Assembly (NCBI GenBank): GCA_041660505.1
Contig: JBAZWG010000001.1
Location: forward strand, 179,979-243,978
Direction: 5' to 3'
DNA length: 64,000 bases
From: Minisyncoccota bacterium
Lineage (GTDB): Bacteria > Patescibacteriota > Minisyncoccia > Phycocordibacterales > JACRKE01
Positions 1 to 8,821 of the stretch are shown piece by piece. Positions within the stretch are counted from its first letter, which is position 1. Every line of letters starts with the position of its first letter. The notes beneath the pieces are model-generated. The model ran no database searches. It worked only from the letters and a program-made list of their open reading frames with translations, and was not told where the DNA came from. A program made the position numbers and the translations under genes.

Positions 1-75
1 AGTATAACCGTTCCCTTTTACTTCGTATCCGCAATGCTCGCAAATAAAGTCTTCTTTGTTTTTTATGAATGTCAT
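1..75 (-). CDS. RNHCP-domain (Zn-ribbon) protein, 5' part only; runs off the window edge
   Basis: Manual translation from ATG at 75: MTFIKNKEDFICEHCGYEVKGNGYT, matching the F-x-CxxCG...GxGYT start of RNHCP proteins. Confidence 0.75.
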   Translation of the reverse strand, partial: MTFIKNKEDFICEHCGYEVKGNGYT

Positions 76-87
76 AGCGTCATGATT

Positions 88-903
88 TTATTTGAGTTCT
101 ACTTTTTCTGCAAGAATTTTCTTACCGAAGAATCTACTGCCGAGTCTTGTGAATTTTTCAGTCAGATCGGTTGAGTAGAATTTACATCCTCCATCTCTAG
201 CCAGCTTGCTCTCAATTTCCGGATGCTGTGCAAAGTACTCTTTGAGTTTCTTTGGTATAATACTCGCCTCAGATATAATTTGCACTTTTCTGCCCATGAT
301 ATTTTTAATCTGCTTCTCTAATATACCATAATGCGTACAGCCGAGTATTAGCGTATCTATATTTTTCGTTTTAAGGGGATTGAGATATTTTTCCAGAATC
401 TGCTTTGTAAAAATTGCGCGATCCTCTCCGGACTCGACGATTGGCACCAGAAGCGGACAGGCCTGTTGAAAAACTTTTACTTCTTTATCAAGTTTAGTAA
501 GTTCGCGCACAAATGCGCCCGATTTAACAGTCCCCTCTGTGGCGATAACGCCTATTCTTTTATTTCTTGTTTGTTGCATCGCTTCTTCTGCTGCCGGGAT
601 GAGCACGCCCAGCACTCGTTTGCTCGGATACTTCTCTGGCAGATATTCTTGCTGTATCTTACGCAGAGCATCACTGGATGCCGTATTGCAGGCAAGAATA
701 ATAAGCTCGCAATTGTTTAATAAAAGAAAATCAACCGCTTGTCGCGTGAATTCATAAACAACATCCGTAGAACGGGTGCCATAAGGCGTCCGCGCCGTAT
801 CGCCGAGATATATATAATTATACTCGGGCAGAGCTTTAACAATCCCCCGTAATATATTGATCCCACCGAAGCCGGAATCAAACACGCCTATATTCTTTTT
901 CAT
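88..903 (-). CDS. murI: Glutamate racemase
   Basis: IGVFDSGFGG, ACNTAS and LGCTHY motifs; start moved to ATG 903 (MKKNIG) because the longer ORF overlaps tRNA sequence. Confidence 0.97.
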   Translation of the reverse strand: MKKNIGVFDSGFGGINILRGIVKALPEYNYIYLGDTARTPYGTRSTDVVYEFTRQAVDFLLLNNCELIILACNTASSDALRKIQQEYLPEKYPSKRVLGVLIPAAEEAMQQTRNKRIGVIATEGTVKSGAFVRELTKLDKEVKVFQQACPLLVPIVESGEDRAIFTKQILEKYLNPLKTKNIDTLILGCTHYGILEKQIKNIMGRKVQIISEASIIPKKLKEYFAQHPEIESKLARDGGCKFYSTDLTEKFTRLGSRFFGKKILAEKVELK

Positions 904-905
904 AT

Positions 906-990
906 GGTGCGAGCGGCGGGAATCGGACCCGCGCCCGATGCTTGTCGCCTCTCTGGCGACCCGCCGTTGAGGCGGGGGAAGCTCGACGGC
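906..990 (-). pseudogene. tRNA-Gly-like 3' remnant with a repeat inserted in the anticodon loop
   Basis: Minus strand: GCTTCCC-[32 nt double hairpin]-AAGC...GGTCCGATTCCCGCCGCTCGCACCA; no 5' acceptor strand or D arm. Confidence 0.55.
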
Positions 991-997
991 TTCACTG

Positions 998-1068
998 TGC
1001 GGGCACCGGGAATCGAACCCGGGTCTCAACCTTGGGAAGGTCGCATTCTACCACTAAACCATGCCCGC
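998..1068 (-). tRNA. tRNA-Gly(CCC)
   Basis: GCGGGCA acceptor stem, AGTGGTA D-loop, anticodon loop TTCCCAA, GGTTCGATTCC T-arm. Confidence 0.95.
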
Positions 1069-1072
1069 ATAT

Positions 1073-1330
1073 TTATTTTTCAACACTAAACTTCAACCGA
1101 CTCTTTATTGCCTCTCTGCCAAAACCCGTCTTATAAAACTTCTCCGCGGCAAGTGCGTCGCGTTTGTCTAAATAAGCTTCATAATATACCAGTTTGAACG
1201 GCTTGTTAATTGAGGAGTATCGACCGCCAAACCCTGCGTTGTGTCTTTTGACTCTTTCTTTCAAATCACTGGTGCTGCCAATATATCTGCTATTGTTCTT
1301 CAGACTTTTTAGGAAATAGACGTAGTACAT
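1073..1330 (-). CDS. Small GIY-YIG nuclease
   Basis: MYYVYFL...YIGST..LKERVKRHN...LVYYE...A..AEK..KTG.GR; start at ATG 1330. Confidence 0.9.
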   Translation of the reverse strand: MYYVYFLKSLKNNSRYIGSTSDLKERVKRHNAGFGGRYSSINKPFKLVYYEAYLDKRDALAAEKFYKTGFGREAIKSRLKFSVEK

Positions 1331-1391
1331 TATTTTGTTCTGCCACCCGCCTCTTCGGCGGGCCGCCGGGGAGGCGGCTAAACTACGCTCG

Positions 1392-1772
1392 CTAGAATCC
1401 AAAAAAACTCGTTACATTCTGCCAGAAAGAAGACTTTTGCTCAAGTTTTTCTGGCGTCGCTGTTGCCGCTGTTTTTACAATGACTACCGCCTCTTCGCCG
1501 GGCTTAACGACAGAAAACTTGCGGCGAAGTTCAAGGTCGACACCTTCGCTCGTGCTCAAACGTGCCACGTCGGCCGAGAGAGACTTCTCGCGTGCGAGAA
1601 TATCATTATACTCCTGTCGCGCCTGCGCCTCATTGGAGGCGGTGTAGCGCTCTTTACCATATAATTGGATATCAGACTTGAGAATAAGTAAGTTAAGCAC
1701 GACAAGCGCCCCGATTGTCACCTTAGAATATAGAATCCTTTTAATCTGTCGTTTGGCTTGAAAGTCCCGCAT
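1392..1772 (-). CDS. FtsB/DivIC-like septum formation initiator
   Basis: N-terminal TM helix, coiled coil, LRRKFSVVKPGE motif. Confidence 0.75.
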   Translation of the reverse strand: MRDFQAKRQIKRILYSKVTIGALVVLNLLILKSDIQLYGKERYTASNEAQARQEYNDILAREKSLSADVARLSTSEGVDLELRRKFSVVKPGEEAVVIVKTAATATPEKLEQKSSFWQNVTSFFGF

Positions 1773-1907
1773 AAGAACAGTATACTATATATATGTTCCT
1801 AAAGACAAAACGACACAAAAAAATTTTCAGCGTATTCGTCGCGATAATCTGTATTCTTACCGTCTTCAGTATGGTCGCTTTGTATTCTCTCCCGTTTTTG
1901 CGCTAGG

Positions 1908-1998
1908 TGTGGTACAGAAAAGTCCTTGAGGAAATGGTCTGGCCGAGTGAAGCGAGGAGATCCGAGGACCTTTCCGAGAGGAGCTTTTCTGTACCACA
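1908..1998. repeat. Long palindromic miniature element (second copy inside dus)
   Basis: 15-bp terminal inverted repeat TGTGGTACAGAAAAG/CTTTTCTGTACCACA; core AAATGGTCTGGCCGAG...CGAGGAGATCCGAGGACCTTTCC recurs at about 42361-42406. Confidence 0.8.
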
Positions 1999-1999
1999 T

Positions 2000-3847
2000 C
2001 TACTTCATCACCTTCAAGAAGACGTCGTGCGGGATGTTTACCACTCCCATCGCTTTCATCTTCTTCTTGCCTTTCTTCTGCTTTTCGCGGAGTTTCATTT
2101 TGCGCGTGATGTCGCCGCCGTACAGGTAGTCTGTGACATCCTTCTTCATACCCGACAAATGGCGTGACGACAAGATGCGCCCGCCGGCCTTGGCCTGGAT
2201 CTTGAAGTCGAACATCTGTCGTGGGATGACATTCTTAATCTTCTCAACAATCTCTTCGGCCTCCTTTTGCAGACGTGCCCGAGAGACAATACGTGAGAAC
2301 GCGGGCACAACTTCATCGGCAATAAGCACCTCAACCTTGATAACGTCAGCCTCGCGCATATCGGCGAAGGTATAAGCTATGGACGCATAACCGGAAGTGA
2401 CGCTTTTAATCTCGTCGAAGAAGTTGCGCATTAGCTCGCGCAAAGGTATCTGAATAGATAATGCCGTACGATGATCGCCGAATATTTCTGTATTCACAAC
2501 CGTCGCCTCATGTTCATGGAAGAGCTGGACGAGCGAGCCCATATATTCCGGCGGGGTTATAATCTGCGCATCCACCCAGCGCTCATACACCTTCTCAATC
2601 TGCGACTCTTCGGGGAAGGCCGTTGCGGAATAGACCTTTTCTCTTGTTCCGTTAGTTCGCTGGATTTCGTAACTAATAGTCGGTGAAGTGATTATGAGTT
2701 CCAGATTAAATTCACGTCTTAATCTTTCTGAAATAATTTCGAGATGCAACATGCCGAGAAATCCGCAACGAAATCCCCTGCCGACAGCCCCTGCCGCTTC
2801 TTCTTCGAAGGAGAGTGCGGAGTCTTGCAAGCGCAATCGCTCAAGCGCTTGGCGGAGCGTCATGAAGTCGTCTTGATTCTCCGGATAGACCGATGCCCAG
2901 ACTACAGGCCGCGGCTCGCTATAGCCCGGCAGGGGCGCAAGTGGTCGTGAGGCTGTGGTAATAGTATCGCCGACGCGCGCGGCGCCGGTCTTCTTGATGC
3001 CGGTCACCAAATATCCGATCTCACCGGGCGATAGCATTTCGCACGGTTTCTTTTGCGGAGAAAAGATCCCGAGCTCCAGCACGGTAAATTGGTCTTTACC
3101 GGCAATGAATGCAAGCGCGTCCTTTTTGTGGATCATGCCGTCTATGACACGAACGTACACTATGAGTCCGGCATGAATATCGTATTCGAAGTCGAAGACT
3201 AGCGAACGGCTGGAATTGAGCGGGAAAGGTCTCTCCTCAGCTTCAGGCAGAGGTGGGTCCTTGCCCACGTCCGACTGCGGAGCAGGAACACGCTCAATAA
3301 CCGCGTCCAAAATTTCTAAAACGCCGGCGCCGGTCTTGCCAGAAGCGGCCAAAATATCTTTCTCTTCGCAATGCAAAAGTTCGATAATCTCCGCCTTTAC
3401 TTCCTCAACTTGCGCAACAGCAAGATCTATCTTGTTAATAACAGGAATTATCTTTACCCCCAATGCCTGCGCGGTGCGAAGTGTCGTTAAGGTCTGGGCC
3501 TGCACACCTTGCGTCGCATCTACAAGGAGTATCGCGCCTTCAACGGCCTGCAGTGCTCGCGAAACCTCGTAAGAGAAGTCGATATGCCCGGGCGTGTCAA
3601 TGAGGTTGAGTTCATAGGAGTTAGAAGTTGGGAGATCTCCTAACTTCTGTTTGTACTGCATCCGCACCGGTTGCATCTTGATGGTAATCCCCCGTTCCCT
3701 TTCCAGATCCATCATATCGAGTACCTGCTCTTTCATCTTGCGCTTCTCGATGGTCCCTGTGAGCTCCAACATGCGGTCCGCCAAGGTTGACTTACCGTGG
3801 TCAATGTGAGCGATTATTGAGAAGTTGCGTATATGCGCAGTATCCAT
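2000..3847 (-). CDS. lepA: Elongation factor 4
   Basis: IRNFSIIAHIDHGKSTLADR, DTPGH, GFRCGFLGMLH, YGGDITRKMKL. Confidence 0.99.
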   Translation of the reverse strand: MDTAHIRNFSIIAHIDHGKSTLADRMLELTGTIEKRKMKEQVLDMMDLERERGITIKMQPVRMQYKQKLGDLPTSNSYELNLIDTPGHIDFSYEVSRALQAVEGAILLVDATQGVQAQTLTTLRTAQALGVKIIPVINKIDLAVAQVEEVKAEIIELLHCEEKDILAASGKTGAGVLEILDAVIERVPAPQSDVGKDPPLPEAEERPFPLNSSRSLVFDFEYDIHAGLIVYVRVIDGMIHKKDALAFIAGKDQFTVLELGIFSPQKKPCEMLSPGEIGYLVTGIKKTGAARVGDTITTASRPLAPLPGYSEPRPVVWASVYPENQDDFMTLRQALERLRLQDSALSFEEEAAGAVGRGFRCGFLGMLHLEIISERLRREFNLELIITSPTISYEIQRTNGTREKVYSATAFPEESQIEKVYERWVDAQIITPPEYMGSLVQLFHEHEATVVNTEIFGDHRTALSIQIPLRELMRNFFDEIKSVTSGYASIAYTFADMREADVIKVEVLIADEVVPAFSRIVSRARLQKEAEEIVEKIKNVIPRQMFDFKIQAKAGGRILSSRHLSGMKKDVTDYLYGGDITRKMKLREKQKKGKKKMKAMGVVNIPHDVFLKVMK

Positions 3848-3886
3848 CGCACCAGAATACTCTAAATAAGGCCAAAATACAATTTC

Positions 3887-3905
3887 TAGAAGGCCTCGCC
3901 TTCTA
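3887..3905. repeat. REP-like palindrome TAGAAGGC-CTC-GCCTTCTA (identical copies at 4560-4578 and 5694-5712)
   Basis: Three identical 19-bp hairpins, two directly flanking the RAYT gene. Confidence 0.85.
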
Positions 3906-4529
3906 TTTATGGTCTATGGTTATGTGGTTTATCGCCGAAAAGTCGTGCTGGCCTGTGATCCACCTGCGATAATCTTTTGGAAGTTCAGTAAAATCATTAA
4001 GAGCTTCTGCCGTAAGGATTTTATCGTACTTTTTCTGATTGCAAAAATCGTGATAGCTTGACCATCGGTACTCGCTCAAATGTTCAATCTCTCGAGGGTT
4101 TAGGTGAATATAGTCGATTACTCCGAGCAAGTATTCTTCGTCGTCAACTAACTTACTTTTAAACGGTCCTTGGAAAAGCGCTCCGCTCCTATCATTCTTT
4201 TCATTAAAGTACATTGTATACGCCGTACCCAACCTTTGCATAAATCTGCTGATTCCCCCTTCTCGACATTCATGCAGAAGCAAATGGAAATGATTGGGCA
4301 TCAAACAGAATGCGACAACGTCTGCAAGTCGCTCCTTTTTCTCATCTTCTTCTGCCCTTTGAGAAAGGACTTCGAATGTATTGGGACTTTGAACTTCTGT
4401 GTCGTTTAAAACTTGGAGATACAAGAGAAATCTTTTGTAGTCTTTATCCTCCTCAAAAATAACACGCTTATCAACGCCGCGATTGTATACATGATGAAAT
4501 GAATCCTCTTCAATTGGTGCGCGATCCAT
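3903..4529 (-). CDS. REP-associated tyrosine transposase (RAYT, Y1 HUH family)
   Basis: HHVYNRG, CLMPNHFHLL (HUH), GALFQGPF, YIHLNP, YRWSSY motifs; flanked by REPs. Confidence 0.92.
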   Translation of the reverse strand: MDRAPIEEDSFHHVYNRGVDKRVIFEEDKDYKRFLLYLQVLNDTEVQSPNTFEVLSQRAEEDEKKERLADVVAFCLMPNHFHLLLHECREGGISRFMQRLGTAYTMYFNEKNDRSGALFQGPFKSKLVDDEEYLLGVIDYIHLNPREIEHLSEYRWSSYHDFCNQKKYDKILTAEALNDFTELPKDYRRWITGQHDFSAINHITIDHK

Positions 4530-4618
4530 ATCGCAATTATCTCACAGTTTCCCATTTTTTAGAAGGCCTCGCCTTCTATGAATTGATCGCTCATTGGTTC
4601 AATATGCCCTTTATTGTC

Positions 4619-4647
4619 TTGACATATATAGTCTTATATGCTACAAT
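4619..4647 (+). promoter_or_regulatory. Sigma70-type promoter
   Basis: TTGACA-17 nt-TACAAT with TG extension, upstream of ORF 4781. Confidence 0.65.
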
Positions 4648-4780
4648 ATACGGAGTAGTGTCTCAAGCCTGTTTGGGCTATCAGGGCTGAGAATCAATAA
4701 TTACTGTCCTTTGCCCCTTCCTTTGGGAAGTAAGCGGACAGTCCCTCCTTGACCGATTAATCACCGACAAGGAGGACAGT

Positions 4781-5032
4781 ATGTTTCAGAAGTGCAGGCT
4801 CTGTAAAAAGGTATATTGGACCGAGTTCCAGTTCGGCGAGCTTGACTTCGAGGGTCGAGAGTTTAACAGGTGTTACGACTGCTTGCTGCAGTTAAGCAAC
4901 AATCCTGATTGGGCTCATCAGATGTCACTCGAATCAACTCCTCCGGCTGAATTCCTTCCATGCGGTCGCTGTGGCCAACTTGACGACTGGTGCCAGTGCG
5001 ACTATACCGACGACACTGAAGCAGACAGCTAA
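4781..5032 (+). CDS. Small Cys-rich (putative Zn-binding) hypothetical protein
   Basis: AAGGAGG SD before ATG; three CxxC plus CxC; followed by a hairpin and T-run at about 5044-5090. Confidence 0.65.
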   Translation: MFQKCRLCKKVYWTEFQFGELDFEGREFNRCYDCLLQLSNNPDWAHQMSLESTPPAEFLPCGRCGQLDDWCQCDYTDDTEADS

Positions 5033-5158
5033 TCTGCTCGTACAGGAACCCCTTTGGTTAAAACCAATGCGTCAAGGGTTCCTTTTTATTTGTCCGGATA
5101 ACAGACTAATCGCACATTCCCCTTTTTAAAAGGTTTAACCTTCTTTCTATGGTCGCTT

Positions 5159-5656
5159 TTATCTATTGATAATAGTGACTATTTCGCTCGCTGTTTCTTC
5201 CGGAGTTTGATCCGTGCTGTCGATTTTATGATTGTTGGGGAAATGAGATTCAGTTCTATACTTCTCGTTATTCTCGATGGCTGTTTTGTAATCTCTAAAG
5301 CCACTATCTCTGGTTTCTGTTAAAACTCTTTGCTTGAGAATTTCATCATCTCTCAGATAGAGAGTAAAAACTATGGTTTTATACCTTTTCAGTTGCTCTA
5401 AAAGTTTTTCCGATACTCCCCCGCCTATAATTACATTATAGTAGTCGTGTTTTGCATAGTTTTTTAACAAGAGAACTAGATTTTCAACAGTCAACTCTTC
5501 TTCTGCCTCAGAAACATTGGTCCAATCACGATTTAAGTGAAATCCTCGTATCCAATCAAAATCAATATTAACCGAGTTAAGTTTTTCTTTCAGTAGTCTG
5601 GTGAGTGTAGTTTTTCCTGTGCCCTGGGCACCACGAATGAAGATAAAGTTGTACAT
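5159..5656 (-). CDS. P-loop nucleotide kinase-like (AAA_33-type) protein
   Basis: N-terminal FIFIRGAQGTGKTT; C-terminal IDST.QTPEE.A. Confidence 0.8.
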   Translation of the reverse strand: MYNFIFIRGAQGTGKTTLTRLLKEKLNSVNIDFDWIRGFHLNRDWTNVSEAEEELTVENLVLLLKNYAKHDYYNVIIGGGVSEKLLEQLKRYKTIVFTLYLRDDEILKQRVLTETRDSGFRDYKTAIENNEKYRTESHFPNNHKIDSTDQTPEETASEIVTIINR

Positions 5657-5713
5657 ACTATTTCAGATGACGAGTGTCAGTCGGTGCCACTTCTAGAAGG
5701 CCTCGCCTTCTAA

Positions 5714-8281
5714 TTATTGTGCGACGGGGGGAGATTTGCGTTTTTCTGGCGCTGGGGCTGGGGCGTTCGTTAGCGCATCACGACCGGCTTCGAGGTTGCC
5801 GAGAATGCGCTTCACGTCGGCATTGTCCGGGTTGGACTCTGCGATCTCCTTGAACTGCTGAATAGCGTCATTGGTCTTGCCGGTCTTGGCCAAGCTTAGG
5901 CCCAAGAAATACTTAGCATTTGAATAGCTCGGGTTAATCTGGACAGCGGCACCGAGCACGCTTATGGCACCGGCATAATCATGCTTCATGTACTTCAAGA
6001 ATCCGAGCTGGAATAGTGCGCCGATATCCTGCGGAGCAAGCTCTGCGGCTTGTTGCGCATTCTTAATAGCGGCATCGAGATTCCCGGCATCAGCCTCTAT
6101 CTGTGAGAGCAAGAAGATGGCGGCGGCGTAGTTACTCTTCTCTGCCAGCGCCTTACTGATCATCTCGCGCGCCTTGGTTTTGTCGCCCTTCGCCACTTCG
6201 AGTCTGGCCATCGTCAAGTAGATCTGGGGATTGTGAGGATTAAGCGCAAGCGCGGCTTTATATTCTGCCACTGCGCGATCATAAGCGGCCGGTAGTATAG
6301 GTACCAATGATTCGTACACGCGGCCGAACGAAAGATGATTCTGGTAATTGGCGCCGTCGGCCTTCACTGCGTTAGAACCGCTCTCAATTGCCTTTGCGAG
6401 CACAGCTTGGAACTGTTTTTGCAATTCTTCTTTCGGAACGTCGGATGTGTTCATGAGCTTGCTCATCTCCAGGACATGCAGATCGGTAAGTGAACGATAG
6501 AAGACATCGGAACCATCAAGGCTGACTGCTGTTTCTAAGTATTTAGACGTTGCCACCAAGTCGCCGCTCGTGTTGCTGACAATAAGAGCGGATTGGAAAT
6601 TGGCGAGCGCTATGTATTTCTTGACCGAGAAGAATAGGAATGATACCGAGACAAGCATCAGTACAACAATGCTTAATACTCCGACGAAGCTGAAGCGCGG
6701 GCTGTTGAAGAAAGACAGTGTGAATTCACCGCTGAATTTAGTAGTGACCAGACTGCTCACAAATATACCTGTAGCGGCGAAGGCTAGCGCGAGGACTACC
6801 GTGTCAGGCACATAGACCACCGCCATTATCCACAGGAAAAGTGACGATAAGAATGATACCGAGAGCACGCCGTGCGTCAGATGATCGCCGGAAAGTTTAA
6901 AGAGTGCCTTGATACCGAAGTAAAGGTAGGACACCAAGAGGAAGAGCCAGGCAATCAATCCGAGGATTCCTGTCGTAGCGACGAAGGTCGGTATATATCC
7001 GACGCCGGCGTTGAAGTCGGTGCTCCAGAATACCGTATCGTTAACACCAGCCGGCTTATAAGTAAGCCAGTCATTAGAGAAGGTATTCGGACCGCTACCC
7101 GTCAAGGCGTGTTTGCTTAAGACCTTACCGACAACCTCAAATGTCGAGCCCCAAGCCGGACGAACCTCGAGCGAACTTATCTGATTGGCACCGAGATAAC
7201 TACCTATCTGTGTATACAAGAAGAAGCAAAGTATCGAGATTAGCAACACATAAAGGGCCGGTGATGAAATAATCCCCAGCTTCTTGGAATAATAAAGAAC
7301 CGCGAAGCCCAGAACAACGATTATCAGCGTGACGAGGTAGGGCGAGTAGTTATGGGCAATAAGCCACGGCATGCCGAAGGCACTAAAAAGCAAGAATACG
7401 ATGAAACTTATAAGCACGGCCGGAGCCGGCTTGGCACCAAACATCTTCTGCATAGAAAGCCGATAGACAAGAAGAACTAGCGCAATAACGCCGAGCACTG
7501 CCCAAGCAACGTTGAAGTTTACGAGAAACATAAGAAGCAGTCCGACCGCCCCTCCTATATATAGGAGTCTGGGAGCATGAGACTCGATGAGTTCCAAAAG
7601 AGACATGCACACAACAACGCCTAGAGCGAAAAATGTGCCGAGGTTGTTCCACTTGCCGAGCAAGTTGTCGGTAACATTCGGCAAAAGGCCGAAGACGGTC
7701 GTCCCATGCCCGAACATCGGAACAACTCCCTGAAATGTCGGAAAAAGTCTTAGGAGTTCGAGAACCGCCAAAATCATAAAGGAGAGCATGAATACTTTCA
7801 CTGCTGTCGCCAAACGTTTCCTTGATTGGAAATAGATTGCGGAAAGAAGTAGCAAGGCAACGAAGACGAACAATGCGGCAACAGTGTTGGTCTCTGTCCC
7901 TATCCCCCAGAATGTAACATTGAACATGCCGGAGGCTATCGATGATATGAGCGCGGTCAATGCAACAAGCCCGCCACCAAGCAGTATTGGGCTCTTTGGC
8001 ACCGAAAGGATACCGTCCTCTAGGCGCGCGCCGAGCCAAAAAAGAAACGCCAAGCTGACACCGATAACAAGCGTTGCCTTCTTGGCGAGATCAAGCGGGA
8101 CAGAAGCAAAAGGAAGAATTATGAAAGGCAGGAGGAAAATAACGGCAATGAGCAACCAACCGGCAATATTATCAAAAAGCGGAGCGTAACTGGGGCGCTT
8201 TTTCTTCGCCGAGCTTTCGTTACCACCAAGTTCGTCATTAAGGGAGGAGAGCATCTCTTTAGCCAAGAGTTCGTCATTCAT
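5714..8281 (-). CDS. Polytopic membrane protein (O-antigen-ligase-like) with C-terminal TPR repeats
   Basis: Many TM helices, G.GP..F motif, TPR-like repeats in the last about 220 aa. Confidence 0.75.
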   Translation of the reverse strand: MNDELLAKEMLSSLNDELGGNESSAKKKRPSYAPLFDNIAGWLLIAVIFLLPFIILPFASVPLDLAKKATLVIGVSLAFLFWLGARLEDGILSVPKSPILLGGGLVALTALISSIASGMFNVTFWGIGTETNTVAALFVFVALLLLSAIYFQSRKRLATAVKVFMLSFMILAVLELLRLFPTFQGVVPMFGHGTTVFGLLPNVTDNLLGKWNNLGTFFALGVVVCMSLLELIESHAPRLLYIGGAVGLLLMFLVNFNVAWAVLGVIALVLLVYRLSMQKMFGAKPAPAVLISFIVFLLFSAFGMPWLIAHNYSPYLVTLIIVVLGFAVLYYSKKLGIISSPALYVLLISILCFFLYTQIGSYLGANQISSLEVRPAWGSTFEVVGKVLSKHALTGSGPNTFSNDWLTYKPAGVNDTVFWSTDFNAGVGYIPTFVATTGILGLIAWLFLLVSYLYFGIKALFKLSGDHLTHGVLSVSFLSSLFLWIMAVVYVPDTVVLALAFAATGIFVSSLVTTKFSGEFTLSFFNSPRFSFVGVLSIVVLMLVSVSFLFFSVKKYIALANFQSALIVSNTSGDLVATSKYLETAVSLDGSDVFYRSLTDLHVLEMSKLMNTSDVPKEELQKQFQAVLAKAIESGSNAVKADGANYQNHLSFGRVYESLVPILPAAYDRAVAEYKAALALNPHNPQIYLTMARLEVAKGDKTKAREMISKALAEKSNYAAAIFLLSQIEADAGNLDAAIKNAQQAAELAPQDIGALFQLGFLKYMKHDYAGAISVLGAAVQINPSYSNAKYFLGLSLAKTGKTNDAIQQFKEIAESNPDNADVKRILGNLEAGRDALTNAPAPAPEKRKSPPVAQ

Positions 8282-8437
8282 AAAACAGTTTTTAGTTATT
8301 AGTTTTCCCGCCTGCCATCGTCTGGAGCTCAGGCTTTTGGCGGGCAGGTAGTTTGTAGAAATACAGTATACGTCAGTTACTTACAAAAATACAATAAACT
8401 TTGTGGAAAACAAAAGACCCCTTGCGGGGCCCCTTGG

Positions 8438-8782
8438 CATGCGATAAGCCGAATTCTGTTTGGATATTCATTTATCTAGGCTCTATATTACTATAGGGCT
8501 CAAGCGGCACTCTGGCCGGAACTTTAACTCCGATGTTAAGGTCTCTCCTCCTCATGGGAGGTGAGACCTTTAGCTGTCAACATCGGATGTTAAAGTTCCG
8601 GCCAGCACGGCCTTGCACTCACGTAGGAATTTTGCCGTTTCAGCCGGACTTAACCGGGTCGTTTCTGTTCTCATCCCTATGATTACTCACGACGGGCGTT
8701 ACCCGCTACGCGTACCCACTAAAGGGTTAAGTGTTCGGACTTTCCTCATCCCGCCGAGGCGGGACGCGAATATCTCGCATAC
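8438..8782 (-). ncRNA. rnpB: RNase P RNA
   Basis: Minus strand GAGGAAAGTCCGAAC...AACAGAATTCGGCTTAT with pairing ends (ATGCGA.../...TCGCAT); ends approximate. Confidence 0.93.
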
Positions 8783-8821
8783 TTGACGCAGTATACTATA
8801 GATTGTGAGGTAATACCAGCC

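Noticed and set aside
904-1029. N-terminal extension of murI in the ORF track
   Set aside because: Runs through tRNA-Gly and the tRNA remnant; family similarity begins at ATG 903
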